Shown here: piece by piece, positions 33,101 to 46,225 of the stretch
Position numbering within the stretch: position 1 is the stretch's first letter
Layout of the letters: every line of letters begins with the position of its first letter
Assembly (NCBI GenBank): GCA_002269645.1
Contig: NIVC01000004.1
Location: 372,001-436,000, forward strand
Length of the DNA stretch: 64,000 nucleotides
Source: Macrostomum lignano
Taxonomy: Eukaryota
Direction of reading: 5' to 3'
The notes under the pieces: model-generated
Databases searched by the model: none
What the model was told of the DNA's origin: nothing
Seen by the model: only the letters and a program-made list of their open reading frames with translations
Program-made: the position numbers and the translations under genes

Positions 33101-36100
33101 TGATGCAGAGCTGGCACCTGGTGATCTCTGCAGTGAAGGTGTGGGTGGGAGTTGATGCAGAGCTGGCACCTGGTGATCTCTGCAGTGAAGGTGTGGGTGG
33201 GAGTTGATGCAGAGCTGGCACCTGGTGATCTCTGCAGTGAAGGTGTGAGTGGGAGTTGATGCAGAGCTGGCACCTGGTGATCTCTGCAGTGAAGGTGTGG
33301 GTGGGAGTTGATGCAGAGCTGGCACCTGGTGATCTCTGCAGTGAAGGTGTGGGTGAGAGTCGATGCAGAGCTGACACCTGGTGATCTCTGCAGTGAAGGT
33401 GTATTTTGAAGTAATAACCTGCTTGCATCTCTTCACAGCCATTTGCTGCTGTGTGAGGCAGCAGTTATTTCGAGTTCTCATAGCTTTATTGACCATAGCT
33501 TTCCAAGTTGGAAGGGCATGTTGCAAACGAATTGACCCAACAAACCGCATTGAATCTGGCAGGCGCTGGACCAGCTGCGGGTGGCCGCCAAGCTCGGGCA
33601 AGCCGACTCTGATGCGGCTGCCACAGCTGCTGCCGCTGCCGCCGCGGCCGCTGCCTCCCACGGGCCTCCGGGCGGCCCGGCCGACCTGATGAGCCAGTCG
33701 GTGTCCGAGCTGTCCGAATTTCGCGGGCCGGATGAGGCACCGGCGAAGCGGTGAGTTGTGGTCTTTGTTTCATTGACTGCTTGGCATTGACCCCCTGTCA
33801 TCTGCATCCCTTACCTTTGACTGAGGCAATGTCTTGCCCATCTGATCTCATCCTATGATCTCATCATATGATCTCATCATATGATCTCACCCTGTGATCG
33901 CACCCTATGATCTCATCCTATGATCTCACCCAGTGATCTATCCCTATGATCTCACCTGTGTTCTCATCCTATGATCTCACCCAGTGATCTATCCCTATGA
34001 TCTCACCCTATCATCTCATCCTGAGGTCTTGTCCTTGATCGCATATTACTTTGTAATCCCACGATATCAGCTGACTTTGCCCAAGCTCTCATTCCATTCA
34101 GAATTCGGGCAGCGCCTCTCCCATTGCTATTATTAACGCCACACGCCGTCTTGCAGGTGCGAAACGCCAGACACGGAAGGGTAACAGAGATTCGCCTTTG
34201 CTTGATTCCATTCAATCATATCCAATATTACCGTGTACTGTTGCAAAATCAATGCATTTATTTGATGATAACAAGGGCTTTTGCCAGCTGAAATGATGCA
34301 TAACTGTGATATTTATTAGCTCAATCTGCACCTTCATCAACGAATTAACTGATAGCATTTTGCACTACTTGAGTGATAGCAGACACTAACTGTACCAGTG
34401 TACAAAACTAATCTATTGAATCAGCACTGATTCCACTAGCCAATCCATGATGACTGACTGAGATAACCTCAGCTGTAACCGCTGCATTCAATATCTGTAT
34501 CGCCCGTACATTTTGCTGGCAATGTTTACTAGGAGGTTTCTCATTCGTTTTCCTCGACTGGCAATGAACCTGGTTCTCAGATTGGCTGTCTGCATTATTT
34601 CCTCCGATTGGGGTGGTATAACTATGTTCCTTTGTAAACTTTGTGCGCATTGTTACAATTGATTTACGATCAGTTCTGTGCAATCAGAGGCATATTGACC
34701 ATGCTCTACAGATCTGCAGTCACTTCAATCTGATCTGCAGTCACTCCAATCTGATCTGCACCCACTTCAATTTGATCTGCAGTCACTTCAATCTGATCTG
34801 CAGTCACTTCAATCTGATCTGCAGTCACTTCAATCTGATCTGCAGTCACTTCAATCTGATCTGCAGCCACTTCAATCTGATCTGCAGCCACTTCAATCTG
34901 ATCTACAAGAACTTCAATATTGATTTCCACAGATTCCAATCAATCCAATCTTACAGAATCGACTTGATCAGTTTGAGATGGCGCTTCTCAATCGTTGCCA
35001 TGCCAGGCTTAGTGCCCCGCCCCCACCCAACAACCACCAGCTACGCCTCCCTGGAGCACAAGTACCTGGTGGCGCTGCGCCAGATCGCCGCGCTACAGCG
35101 CGATCTCAACCGCATGCGCAGCGCCCAGGAGCTTCAGCAGCGGCCGGACGACGCCGCCCGGCTGGTGGCCGCCCAGGCCGACCTCGAGCTGGTCAACTCC
35201 CACCTGCGTGCCCAGCTGGAGGAGACCAACGCTTCGGTTGCCACGGCAACGGAACGATGCGGCCGCACCGTGGCCGAGCTGCGCTTGGCGCTGGCCGAGT
35301 TTGGCGCCCTCTACCTGCAGCTGTGCCAGCGCGCCGGTCAGGAGCCGCAGCGCCGGCTTGCCGACCTCATCGAGTCCCGCGGCGGCAGCGGAGGCACTGG
35401 AAACGGCTCGGTTGCCATGGAGACGGCGTTGGACGAGCTGGCCAGCCAAGCCGACTGCCTGCGGCTGCTTCGCCGCCACCTCGCCGACGTAGCCGCAGCC
35501 GCGCCCTCTGCCGCCTCAACGACGGAGGCGGCGGCAGCCAGCGCGGCTGAACAGCGCGAGGAGGCGGCGCGCCTTCGGGCGCTGCTGAACACGAAGCGGG
35601 AACAGATCGCCACGCTGCGCTCGGTGCTGAAGACCAACAAGGCCACGGCGGAGTCGGCGCTGGCCAACCTCAAGCAGAAATACCAGAACGAGAAGCAGGT
35701 GGTCAGCGAGACCATGCTGCGCCTGCGCTCCGAGCTCAAGTCACTGAAGGACGACGCTGCCGGATTCGCCAACCTGCGCAACATGTTCGGCCAGCGCTGC
35801 GAGGAGTACGTCACCCAGATCGACGAGATGCAGCGCCAGCTGCAGGCGGCAGACGAAGAGAGGAAGACGCTGAACTCGCTGCTCCGCATGGCCATCCAGC
35901 AGAAGCTGACGCTCACCCAGCGCCTTGAAGAGATGGAGATGGACAACGAGCGGCTGCGTCGGTTGCCTCCGGTTGGCGTCGTGACGCCTGGCGCCGGTGG
36001 CGGCATCGCCGAAGTGAACAGCAGCTCGGCGTCGGGGCGGAGTTCGCAGCCGCTGCCTCCGTTGCCGGCCTCAGCGCAGGCGCAGCAGCCGGGAGCGGGT

Positions 36101-36190
36101 GGCGGCAATCCGCAGCAGCGGCAGGGAGCGTCACGCACGTCGCCCGGATCCAAGGTAGCCAACCAGGTGGCGAGTGGGGTTGTCACGTGA
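27177..36190 (+). CDS. BICD: Bicaudal-D dynein adaptor, join(27177..27398,29813..30070,31263..31626,32720..32865,33563..33750,35041..36190), ~775 aa
   Basis: [35 protein letters not shown]...EL.DEN, and [27 protein letters not shown]...[20 protein letters not shown]. All GT-AG junctions are phase-consistent. Confidence 0.95.
29345..29795. repeat. 19-bp minisatellite (ACAGCAGTTTCCCATAGCC) in BicD intron 1, ending next to the acceptor
   Basis: Direct tandem repeat. Confidence 0.95.
30137..30496. repeat. 44-bp tandem repeat in BicD intron 2
   Basis: Unit GGAAATCACACTGTAGTTCAGGGAGTGAGTCGTGTGAAAGCTGT, ~8 copies. Confidence 0.95.
30920..31225. repeat. 31-bp tandem repeat in BicD intron 2
   Basis: Unit TCACAAGAGTCTCATGAACCGCCCAAATCTG. 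Confidence 0.95.
31672..32690. repeat. 55-bp tandem repeat filling BicD intron 3
   Basis: Unit CCAGTGCTGGCATTAGCCAATCCAAGGCTGGCAGTAGCGGGTAGCCTTAGCTGAT, ~18 copies. Confidence 0.95.
32885..33400. repeat. 52-bp tandem repeat in BicD intron 4
   Basis: Unit GTTGATGCAGAGCTGGCACCTGGTGATCTCTGCAGTGAAGGTGTGGGTGGGA, ~10 copies. Confidence 0.95.
34710..34910. repeat. 21-bp tandem repeat in BicD intron 5
   Basis: Unit TCTGCAGTCACTTCAATCTGA. Confidence 0.9.
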
Positions 36191-37584
36191 CTGCTCCCAG
36201 CCAATAGTTACTGGCGTTGCTAGTATACCGTTTCCCGTTCAGTTTTAGCAAGCTAGCATTCCCCCAGTCGAGAGAGCTCCAGACCGCCAGTGGATGCTAA
36301 AAGTAGGCAATGTAGCCGCAATCGGAATTGAATGGGAAGTAAGTTTCTGCGCATTGTATTACTAGCAATAATTAAGTAGTGTTGTAAGGGTTTGATGAGG
36401 CAGCGCAAATAACAGTATAATTCAGCAGTGCAACTGAAAACGCGACAGCTCCGGTATATTCCTCTTGACTTGGAAAAATGGCTGCAGCCATACTCTTATA
36501 TGCATGCGCCTTTGAGCCATAGACAGCAATAATGACTACTTTTATTAGTAGAGCACGCGCATCTACACAACAAGTTGTAAGCAGTAAGTTGTAGCTTAGC
36601 TGTTGCTGATGCTGTCCTTGAAAGCATTGAATAAGATTTACTAAAAACATTTCTAATTATTATTTTTTCTACTTACTTGTGCGATTGCACGACCACTCAG
36701 TGCCGGCCCATCGCACATTGCATAAATATGAGTTCCTTTCTGTTGTGCTGCCTGGTTTACCCGCCTCGCCTCCCCGCCTTTTCTCTTGGCGCCCCGCTAC
36801 TTGCAGTGCATCAGGTGGCGCCTTCGTCGGCTTAGCAGCGTGTTTGTTTGAGCAGCTGCGAGTTGCCTGTACCGGTATTGTATTTGCTTGCTCAGGTTGT
36901 GGCCTGGGGTCGCTTTTCTCCTCTGGTGTTTTTGCTTTTTGAGGCTCGCGAGTCTTCCTTGTTGAAGTTTCCTGTCCTCCCTGTCGTATCTCTTCGCATC
37001 CTCTCCTAATCTCCTCTCCTAACCCCCTCATAATCCCCTTCTAATCCCCCTTCTCACACCCTCCTAATCCCCTCTCCTAACCCCTCCCATTGTCCCCTTC
37101 TCCTAATCCCCTTCTAATCCTCCTCATCCCTCTCCTAATTCCCTCTCGTAATCCTATCTCCTCGTTCCCTCTCCTCATGCCCTCCCCTAATCCTCTCCTT
37201 ATCCCCTCTCTTAATATTATCCTAATCCCCTCTCATAATCCTATCCTAATCCTCTTCTAATCCGCCTCATCCCTCTCCTAATCCCCTCTCCTAATCCCCT
37301 TCTAATCATCTTCATCTCTCTCCTAATCCCCCTATTCGAATCCCCTCTCCTAATCCCCCTATTCTAATCCCTTGTCCTAATCCCCTTCTCATCTCCCTCC
37401 TAATCATCCTCCCAATCCCCCTATTCTAATCTCTCTCCCAATCCCTCTCCTCCTCATCCCCCTCCTAATCCCTCTGCTAATCCTCTCTTCTCACCCCTCT
37501 TAATCCCCTCTGCATTCCCCTTTTGTAATCCCCTCGTCTAATCCCCTCACTCATCAGAATAAGCTTCCTTATTTCCATGTCCAG

Positions 37585-37911
37585 GCTTTGTCCGCTCCCA
37601 GTTTTCTCCAGCCCCCTAAGCGCGCATCTTCCCAAACGCCTCGCCGTTCGCAGCAGCCGACCCACTCGCGGTCGCTGGAGGCCGCCTCCGACTCGGACTG
37701 CAGCGACGACTACGGGGACGCTGATGATTCTGATGGCGCCACGGACGGCGCCGGCGCCGCCTCAGGCTGGCCGGTGGCGCTTCGAGAGAGCGCCCGGCTC
37801 AAGCGGGCCGCCAGCCTCTACGCTTCGTTCTCCAGGGTAGCCAGCGCTGCTGAGCTTAGCAACCAATTTATTAATATTCCGCACTCTGAATTTATAATTT
37901 CTATTCTCTAA
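37585..37911 (+). CDS. Exon-like GC-rich segment, possibly an alternative or extra BicD 3' exon
   Basis: tttccatgtccag acceptor, and open frame in phase with a candidate donor AAG|GTAGCC at 36154/36155. Confidence 0.4.
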   Translation, partial: ALSAPSFLQPPKRASSQTPRRSQQPTHSRSLEAASDSDCSDDYGDADDSDGATDGAGAASGWPVALRESARLKRAASLYASFSRVASAAELSNQFINIPHSEFIISIL

Positions 37912-38609
37912 CGATATTTCTATTTACAAACTGTTTGGGCACCACTCGGTTAACTTATACTCTGCTCTTGACACCGATGGCACCCGCACTGTAGACTCGC
38001 TAAACAATGCTTTAATCTGTGCCTGTCTGAATGAAAAATCTTTTATAATCCGGGCGTTTGATCGCTTCCTGACGGGAGCTGTTCATGAATTTTTACAAGG
38101 CACTAGCTTGTTAACCGCTGCTTCACAATCCATCATTTTGCGCTCCAACTCTGCAGCCTTGACTCCTCCGCCACCGCGTTTCAGAGGTTCAACCGCTGGA
38201 GTCGCCGGGAGGACAATGACTGACACCACCTGGCAGCACCTGGCCTCGATCTGCCCAGCTGTCACCGCATGTTCTACTAATCTCTACTCTGCAATGTCAT
38301 ATCGATACTACTGACTCATCGAACTAAGTAGTAGTAAGTGCAATTCCTAGCTGCAGTTCAGCGGCCGCAATGGGTCAATTAAAGCCCAGAGGCTGCAGGC
38401 ATTTTTGCCGTGTTTAAAGCAATGACTTTGTCTTGTAATTTGATTTTTAGTCCAACTGTGTGCTGTTCTGCATTAGAAACATTTTTAATTAACCGTCTGC
38501 ATCCTCCTGTGCAGATGCTGGTTGGACAGCTTCCAGCCTCAGAAAGCATTGATTTTAGCTGAGGAACAGCTGAGATCCCCTGCCCTTCAGTAACCTGCTG
38601 CTAATCTTT

Positions 38610-39845
38610 CAGTGAGCTGCTGCTGATCCTTCAGTGAGCTGCTGCTGATCCTTCAGTGAGCTGCTGATCCTTCAGTGAGCTGCTGCTGATCCTTCAGTGA
38701 GCTGCTGATCCTTCAGTGAGCTGCTGCTGATCCTTCAGTGAGCTGCTGATCCTTCAGTGAGCTGCTGATCCTTCAGTGAGCTGCTGATCCTTCAGTGAGC
38801 TGCTGCTGATCCTTCAGTGAGCTGCTGCTGATCCTTCAGTGAGCTGCTTATCCTTCAGTGAGCTGCTGCTGATCCTTCAGTGAGCTGCTGCTGATCCTTC
38901 AGTGAGCTGCTGATCCTTCAGTGAGCTGCTGCTGATCCTTCAGTGAGCTGCTGCTGATCCTTCAGTGAGCTGCTGATCCTTCAGTGAGCTGCTGCTGATC
39001 CTTCAGTGAGCTGCTGCTGATCCTTCAGTGAGCTGCTGATCCTTCAGTAAGCTGCTGCTGATCCTTCAGTGAGCTGCTGCTGATCCTTCAGTGAGCTGCT
39101 GATCCTTCAGTGAGCTGCTGCTGATCCTTCAGTGAGCTGCTGCTGATCCTTCAGTGAGCTGCTGATCCTTCAGTGAGCTGCTGCTGATCCTTCAGTGAGC
39201 TGCTGCTGATCCTTCAGTGAGCTGCTGATCCTTCAGTGAGCTGCTGCTGCTCCTTCAGTGAGCTGCTGCTGATCCTTCAGTGAGCTGCTGCTGATCCTTC
39301 AGTGAGCTGCTGATCCTTCAGTGAGCTGCTGCTGATCCTTCAGTGAGCTGCTGCTGCTCCTTCAGTAAGCTGCTGCTGCTCCTTCAGTGAGCTGCTGCTG
39401 ATCCTTCAGTGAGCTGCTGATCCTTCAGTGAGCTGCTGCTGATCCTTCAGTGAGCTGCTGCTGCTCCTTCAGTAAGCTGCTGATCCTTCAGTGAGCTGCT
39501 GATCCTTCAGTGAGCTGCTGCTGCTCCTTCAGTGAGCTGCTGCTGATCCTTCAGTGAGCTGCTGCTGATCCTTCAGTGAGCTGCTGATCCTTCAGTGAGC
39601 TGCTGCTGATCCTTCAGTGAGCTGCTGCTGCTCCTTCAGTGAGCTGCTGCTGATCCTTCAGTGAGCTGCTGCTGATCCTTCAGTGAGCTGCTGATCCTTC
39701 AGTGAGCTGCTGCTGATCCTTCAGTGAGCTGCTGCTGATCCTTCAGTGAGCTGCTTATCCTTCAGTGAGCTGCTGCTGATCCTTCAGTGAGCTGCTGCTG
39801 ATCCTTCAGTGAGCTGCTGCTGCTCCTTCAGTAAGCTGCTGATCC
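38610..39845. repeat. 19/22-bp variant minisatellite (GATCCTTCAGTGAGCTGCT[GCT])
   Basis: Direct tandem repeat. Confidence 0.95.
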
Positions 39846-40289
39846 TTCACTTATAAAAACACAAACATGCGGGAATATCCAGCTAAGCTAGTGAGTACCA
39901 CGCAGCGAGCTCATTAGTGGTTTTTGGTGCCTGTGATGCCTGCAACTGCTGCTTTTTCTTTCTCTATACTAATAATATCATCTAATTGCTATTATCGATA
40001 TTGCTATAGTGTTTCCGCTTTCGCATTTCCCTTGTTTTGCCTTCACGGACCAGATCAAAACTTCTGTGTTGTATGCGGTTTTAAATACCCGGCTCTTCCT
40101 TCAATGCAAGCCCCAAGTGCGCTGCTCTCAAGTATTCTCTGCAATACACAGCTTTTGAGTTCAATATAGATGCTGATTTGTACACACAGTGCAAGCCGTC
40201 GTTACCCAAGCTCGTCTGCTTTGCTGACAGTTTTTCATTCATTTTTGTTTAATCCGAGCCTTTCTGCGAAATACCTGTTGCCCAGCTTC

Positions 40290-41260
40290 ATCTGCCGAGT
40301 GCGGGGTGTTTATCCACCCGAATGCCTGTTATCTCTGCCGAGTGCGGAGTGTTTATCCACCCGAATGCCTGTTATCTCTGCCGAGTGCGGGTGTTTATCC
40401 ACCCGAATGCCTGTTATCTCTGCCGAGTGCGGGTGTTTATCCACCCGAATGCCTGTTATCTCTGCCGAGTGCGGGTGTTTATCCACCCGAATGCCTGTTA
40501 TCTCTGCCGAGTGCGGGTGTTTATCCACCCGAATGCCTGTTATCTCTGCCGAGTGCGGGTGTTTATCCACCCGAATGCCTGTTATCTCTGCCGAGTGCGG
40601 GTGCTTATCCACCCGAATGCCCGTTATCTCTGCCGAGTGCGGGTGTTTATCCACCCGAATGCCTGTTATCTCTGCCGAGTGCGGGTGTTTATCCACCCGA
40701 ATGCCTGTTATCTCTGCCGAGTGCGGAGTGTTTATCCACCCGAATGCCTGTTATCCCTGCCGAGTGCGGAGTGTTTATCCACCCGAATGCCTGTTATCTC
40801 TGCCGAGTGCGGAGTGTTTATCCACCCGAATGCCTGTTATCTCTGCCGAGTGCGGGTGTTTATCCACCCGAATGCCTGTTATCTCTGCCGAGTGCGGGGT
40901 GTTTATCCACCCGAATGCCTGTTATCTCTGCCGAGTGCGGAGTGTTTATCCACCCGAATGCCTGTTATCCCTGCCGAGTGCGGAGTGTTTATCCAACGGA
41001 ATGCCTGTTATCTCTGCCGAGTGCGGAGTGTTTATCCACCCGAATGCCTGTTATCTCTGCCGAGTGCGGGTGTTTATCCACCCGAATGCCTGTTATCTCT
41101 GCCGAGTGCGGGGTGTTTATCCACCCGAATGCCTGTTATCTCTGCCGAGTGCGGGTGTTTATCCACCCGAATGCCTGTTATCTCTGCCGAGTGCGGGTGT
41201 TTATCCACCCGAATGCCTGTTATCTCTGCCGAGTGCGGGTGTTTATCCACCCGAATGCCT
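40290..41260. repeat. 42/44-bp tandem repeat
   Basis: Unit GTGTTTATCCACCCGAATGCCTGTTATCTCTGCCGAGTGCGG. Confidence 0.95.
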
Positions 41261-41977
41261 GTAGCCCAGCTGCATCTCCGCTCCGCATGCACAGTTGCCC
41301 ATATTGATAATGCTGATGACAGATCCTCATTCAGATTGTTTATCTCTCTCCGCTCGTGTTGCTTCTCGAATCTCCGCTAAGCTCTTCCGTGCTTTTTTAA
41401 ATGCTCTGATTTTTCACACATTTTAGCATTAACAATAATATATTCGTATAATATATACTATACTCATTTTACTGCTAATACTGCTTGGCTCTTTATACCT
41501 GCAGACTTTGCGTGTGTTGAACTGGTGAGCTGATCTGCTTTAATCTTCACTGATGGGCTGTGGGTGACGGACCTCACCAATAACGTGTCTACTTCATTTA
41601 AGTACAAACAAAGTTGCATAGCAGGAGTTAGTAAATTCATAATTATTGTATATATTTGTATTGGAAATACAGGTGCAATTTAATCTACTAATGAATTAAT
41701 TCATCTAGGGAGTACACATGGTAATAACTTTGGTGAGCGACTGCAGCTGTACAGGCAGAACTTCGGTGGGACAGTCGGTCATTTACAAACAGGAGCAGCT
41801 GATTGACATTGAACTGACAAAATCTTTTGCTTATTATTGAATAGCTCTGGCTGTCGGGCCCTCTGAACACGACTATCCTGCAGTGAAAAGACTGTTGCCA
41901 ATGCAACCAGAGTCTAGCATTAAACGGCTCTGAATATGTGCTTTCTACTAATATCTTGATGTGGAACTGCCCTCTAG

Positions 41978-42495
41978 GGTGAACGGGCAAGGTCTCTAAA
42001 TATGAAGCTGGCCTCCCAAGGGGCGGCCAAGGTCTCTATAGATGTGGAAGCTGACCTCCAAGGGGCGGGCAAGGTCTCTATAGATGTGGAAGCTGGCCAC
42101 CAAGGGGCGGGCAAGGTCTCTATAGATGTGGAAGCTGACCTCCAAGGGGCGGGCAAGATCTCTAGATTGAAGCTGGCCTCCAAGGGGCGGGCAAGGTCTC
42201 TATAGATGTGAAGCTGGCCTCCAAGGGGGCGGGCAAGGTCTCTAGATGTGAAGCTGGCCTCCAAGGGGCGGGCAAGGTCTCTATAGATGTGAAGCTGGCC
42301 TCCAAGGGGCGGGCAAGGTCTCTATAGATGTGAAGCTGGCCTCCAAGGGGCGGGCAAGGTCTCTATAGATGTGAAGCTGGCCTCCAAGGGGCGGGAAAGG
42401 TCTCTATAGATGTGAAGCTGGCCTCCAAGGGGCGGGCAAGATCTCTAGATGTGAAGCTGGCCTCCAAGGGGCGGGCGAGGTCTCTAGATGTGAAC
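41978..42495. repeat. ~41-bp tandem repeat
   Basis: Unit GGCAAGGTCTCTATAGATGTGAAGCTGGCCTCCAAGGGGCG. Confidence 0.9.
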
Positions 42496-42958
42496 GCTGG
42501 CCTCGACCACCGCGCTGCCGCAGTCGAATGTGGACGTGGCGGCACCGACGGACGCGAAGGAGTCCGGCGTCACTGCGGCAAGTGGCGGCCTCCGCTTAGG
42601 CCGGCTCAGCCTCAAGCAGCTGTGGCGGCCTGTCGAGGGACTCGGGCCGGTCGCCGCCTGTCCGCCTGAGGTACTCGCTTCCCGGAGCTCGTCGACGCCT
42701 TCGCTTTGAGCCAGGCCAGGCTGGCTTGGCACCCTGGCCAGGCTGTCCGGCCGACGCCGCCGCCGCCACAACCCGTGTCGCTGCAGGAGAAGCCGTAGCC
42801 GGCCAGCCGCCGAGCCTGAAGTTTTTCGGTCATACAGGGTGAAGTCAGGTGAACCCGGAGCCACATGGCTGAGCAACCTGGAGAAGCACGCGGTCCCCGC
42901 TTTATCCAGTTGCTACACAAACTCTTGGGCTCCGAAGCCAGCTTGACAAAGTGCAGCA

Positions 42959-44063
42959 CAGGGACAACTAAAACTACAGGCACGCGAAACAAGCCAAATC
43001 ATGGTGAAAAAAGTTGGGGGCTCGTTTGAAAGCAGTTCTATGGCCGTTCCAACTACAACTCTGCAGTCTAAAGAGGTGTGAGGCCAAATAAAACGCCCTT
43101 AACTCTTGTGCGACTGTAAAAAATGTCGAGAAAGTGCTGCGTCTTTTAACTGCAGATCAAACTATAACTCTGTAGAAAGCCGAACAACGATATTAGCTCT
43201 TCCTTGAGATGCACGAGAACGGGAGCGTTGGAGACAAACCCTACCAAATATTTTTGAGGTAAGAAGGATGTTAGTTCTAAGCGATCATACGCTGGTATTG
43301 CGTGGATGGCAGTATAAGTCGTCGGCTTACGAATGTTTATTTTAAAGGCCTGGTAAAGCGCTCAACGAAGGTTGCACCTGCGCCGACTACATCGCAGGAC
43401 AGAAAGCTACGCAAACTGGGAGGCCAGTGAATTTGCGGTATGGTTTTTAGCATTCTGTCTTGGAGTTTCAAATTTCCAATCCGAAATCTTTCATATCTAG
43501 CTGCTCCTCATCTGGGTTCCTCCTAAAATTCGTTCTGTTGAGTCCTGATTTTCTGTGTTCTATTCTACGAGTACGAGTTGCCTTGTACTTTTGTACACAC
43601 ACTATTTCATGCTTTTAAACTTTTTTTCTCTTGTGCTTATCTCACATGCTTAAATATATGTAATTTTCGCTTAGTACCCCAGTTTTTCCTATACAGTATA
43701 CAGGTCCCCGTATAAGTTTCTCCTCAAAAAGTTATGTTCAGTTCCGTTCCACGATATATACGCCATGCTAAGTTTAAACCTTTTCTTCGTGAAAAGGTTC
43801 GCGTGTCTAATTGTATGTCATTGTGCTCTGTACGGCCGTTTTTTAGTACTCAAAAAAAACATATTTAAAACTGAATAAAAAAACTTTAAGACAACTTACT
43901 GAGCCTTTTAAAGCAAAACTAATACTGTGGCCTTAGTCTTTTCAGCAGCTAAGCTAAGCAATTAATGCATGAAAAATCGGGCGCCCATAGATTCAAACGA
44001 GCCCCCAGCTTTTTTCGCCATGATTTGGTTTGTTTCGCGTCCCGGTAGTTTAAGTTGTCCGTG
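42959..44063. mobile_element. Non-autonomous DNA transposon (1.1 kb, ~70-bp imperfect TIRs, 9-bp TSD; Mutator-like)
   Basis: CAGGGACAACTAAAACTAC...GGGGGCTCGTTTGAA is mirrored at ~43990-44063. AGTGCAGCA at 42950-42958 and 44064-44072. Confidence 0.8.
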
Positions 44064-45009
44064 AGTGCAGCACGAATCATCATCACAGAACTTGGCAACT
44101 TGCGCTAGCTGGGTCAATGTTTTTGTGTGTTAGTCATTGGCTTGGTTTGGTTAGTGATTTGTATTTTCGCTTTGCGACAATTAGAGCGGTAAAATAGTTT
44201 TGCAGTGCTTCGCGGCGTGACATGATGGATTAGTAATTAGCACCAGATTAGAGATCCACTCTGTTCCTTTAATGACTAAATTAGAAATCCATTATGTTCC
44301 TCCGATGACTAGATTAGCAATCCATTATGTTCATTGACTGTTCACCTGCAGTTTAAGACCGATCGCATCAAACCCTCCTCCTCTATTTTATAACCCTATC
44401 AGGCGACTTTAGCAGTCACGTGACTGCTGGTCTTCTCCAAAACTTACGGCTTGCAGAGCGCCTCCCTCCAGACTCGACCGTCTCTCGACTGTCCCGGATG
44501 GCGAGTTGATAAAGATGCGGGGGTCTCCGGGGTGAAAAGATGGGCTGGGGACCTGCTAGTCCGGGATTTGCGGGAAGAACGCACTGGGAATCAGGTTCTG
44601 AGTTCTCTTCCAGCCGACTCTAAGCTTTTATCCCAGGGTGGCTTAAGACTTTCGGGAAAGTTAGCTGTCAGCGCGAGTTAGTCAGTTGTTATTGGTGACA
44701 ACGAAGGTGCGTCGGGTGTGAAGGCCTCCGCTTGAGAAGCTCCCGTGAGGTGCTGGGTGAGTCAGTGCGGGGCAGCAGCTGCCTTGGTGCTCAGTGCTGA
44801 TGAGGCCGCTTAGCCACAGGCTGCGGCCCCGCTCGCCACGGCGCCGGGGTCGAGGCAGGTCAGGTTAGTAACCGGGCTGAGGGCGCGTTGCGGCAGCTGG
44901 CTTCGTCCGAGTCCTCATCATCATCAATATCCTCATGGTGGGGGTCCTTGACGGTGAGTTCCTCACCACCTGGAATGGAGAGGCAGTTTAGTGTATCTTA
45001 GTATCCGTC

Positions 45010-46225
45010 CTAGTGTCTGCATTTGTGTCTGCCTTAGTGTCTGTGCTGCTTAGTGTCTGCCTTAGTGTCTGCCTTAGTGTCTGCCTTAGTGTCTGCCTTA
45101 GTGTCTTTGCTGCTGCTGCCTTAGTGTCTGTGCTGCTGCCTTAGTGTCTGTGCTGCTGCCTTAGTGTCTGCCTTAGTGTCTGCCTTAGTGTCTTTGCTAC
45201 TGCTTTAGTGTCTGTGCTGCTGCCTTAGTGTCTTTGCTGCTGCCTTAGTGTCTTTGCTGCTGCCTTAGTGTCTGTGCTGCTGCCTTAGTGTCTGTGCTGC
45301 TGCCTTAGCGTCTGTGCTGCTGCCTTAGTGTCTGCCTTAGTGTCTGCCTTAGTGTCTGTGCTGCTGCCTTAGTGTCTGCCTTAGTGTCTGCCTTAGTGTC
45401 TTTGCTACTGCTTTAGTGTCTGTGCTGCTGCCTTAGTGTCTTTGCTGCTGCCTTAGTGTCTTTGCTGCTGCCTTAGTGTCTGTGCTGCTGCCTTAGTGTC
45501 TGTGCTGCTGCCTTAGTGTCTTTGCTGCTGCCTTAGTGTCTTTGCTGCTGCCTTAGTGTCTTTGCTGCTGCCTTAGTGTCTTTGCTGCTGCCTTAGTGTC
45601 TGTGCTGCTGCCTTAGTGTCTTTGCTACTGCTTTAGTGTCTTTGCTGCTGCCTTAGTGTCTTTGCTGCTGCCTTAGTGTCTTTGCTGCTACCTTAGTGTC
45701 TGTGCTGCTGCCTTAGTGTCTGTGCTGCTGCCTTAGTGTCTGCCTTAGTGTCTGCCTTAGTGTCTTTGCTACTGCTTTAGTGTCTGTGCTGCTACCTTAG
45801 TGTCTTTGCTGCTGCCTTAGTGTCTTTGCTGCTGCCTTAGTGTCTGTGCTGCTGCCTTAGTGTCTGCCTTAGTGTCTGCCTTAGTGTCTTTGCTACTGCT
45901 TTAGTGTCTGTGCTGCTGCCTTAGTGTCTTTGCTGCTGCCTTAGTGTCTTTGCTGCTGCCTTAGTGTCTTTGCTGCTGCCTTAGTGTCTGTGCTGCTGCC
46001 TTAGTGTCTGCCTTAGTGTCTGCCTTAGTGTCTTTGCTACTGCTTTAGTGTCTGTGCTGCTGCCTTAGTGTCTTTGCTACTGCTTTAGTGTCTGTGCTGC
46101 TGCCTTAGTGTCTGTGCTGCTGCCTTAGTGTCTGTGCTGCTGCCTTAGTGTCTGTGCTGCTGCCTTAGTGTCTTTGCTGCTGCCTTAGTGTCTGCCTTAG
46201 TGTCTGTGCTGCTGCCTTAGTGTCT
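45010..46225. repeat. 12/20-bp minisatellite (CCTTAGTGTCTG[TGCTGCTG])
   Basis: Direct tandem repeat. Confidence 0.95.

Noticed and set aside
31672-33400. CRISPR-like regular repeats
   Set aside because: Units are head-to-tail with no unique spacers, there are no cas genes, and the context is a eukaryotic intron.
34643-35040. N-terminal ICSHFNL-repeat extension of the 515-aa ORF
   Set aside because: It is intronic 21-bp repeat read-through; the BicD exon starts at 35041 after a CAG acceptor in the correct phase.
37000-37560. Telomere-like (CCCTAA) tract
   Set aside because: It is a degenerate CCTAATCCCCT-type low-complexity sequence, not a regular telomeric array.
40170-41380. Three overlapping 330-365 aa Cys-rich ORFs
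   Set aside because: They are products of a 42/44-bp tandem repeat.
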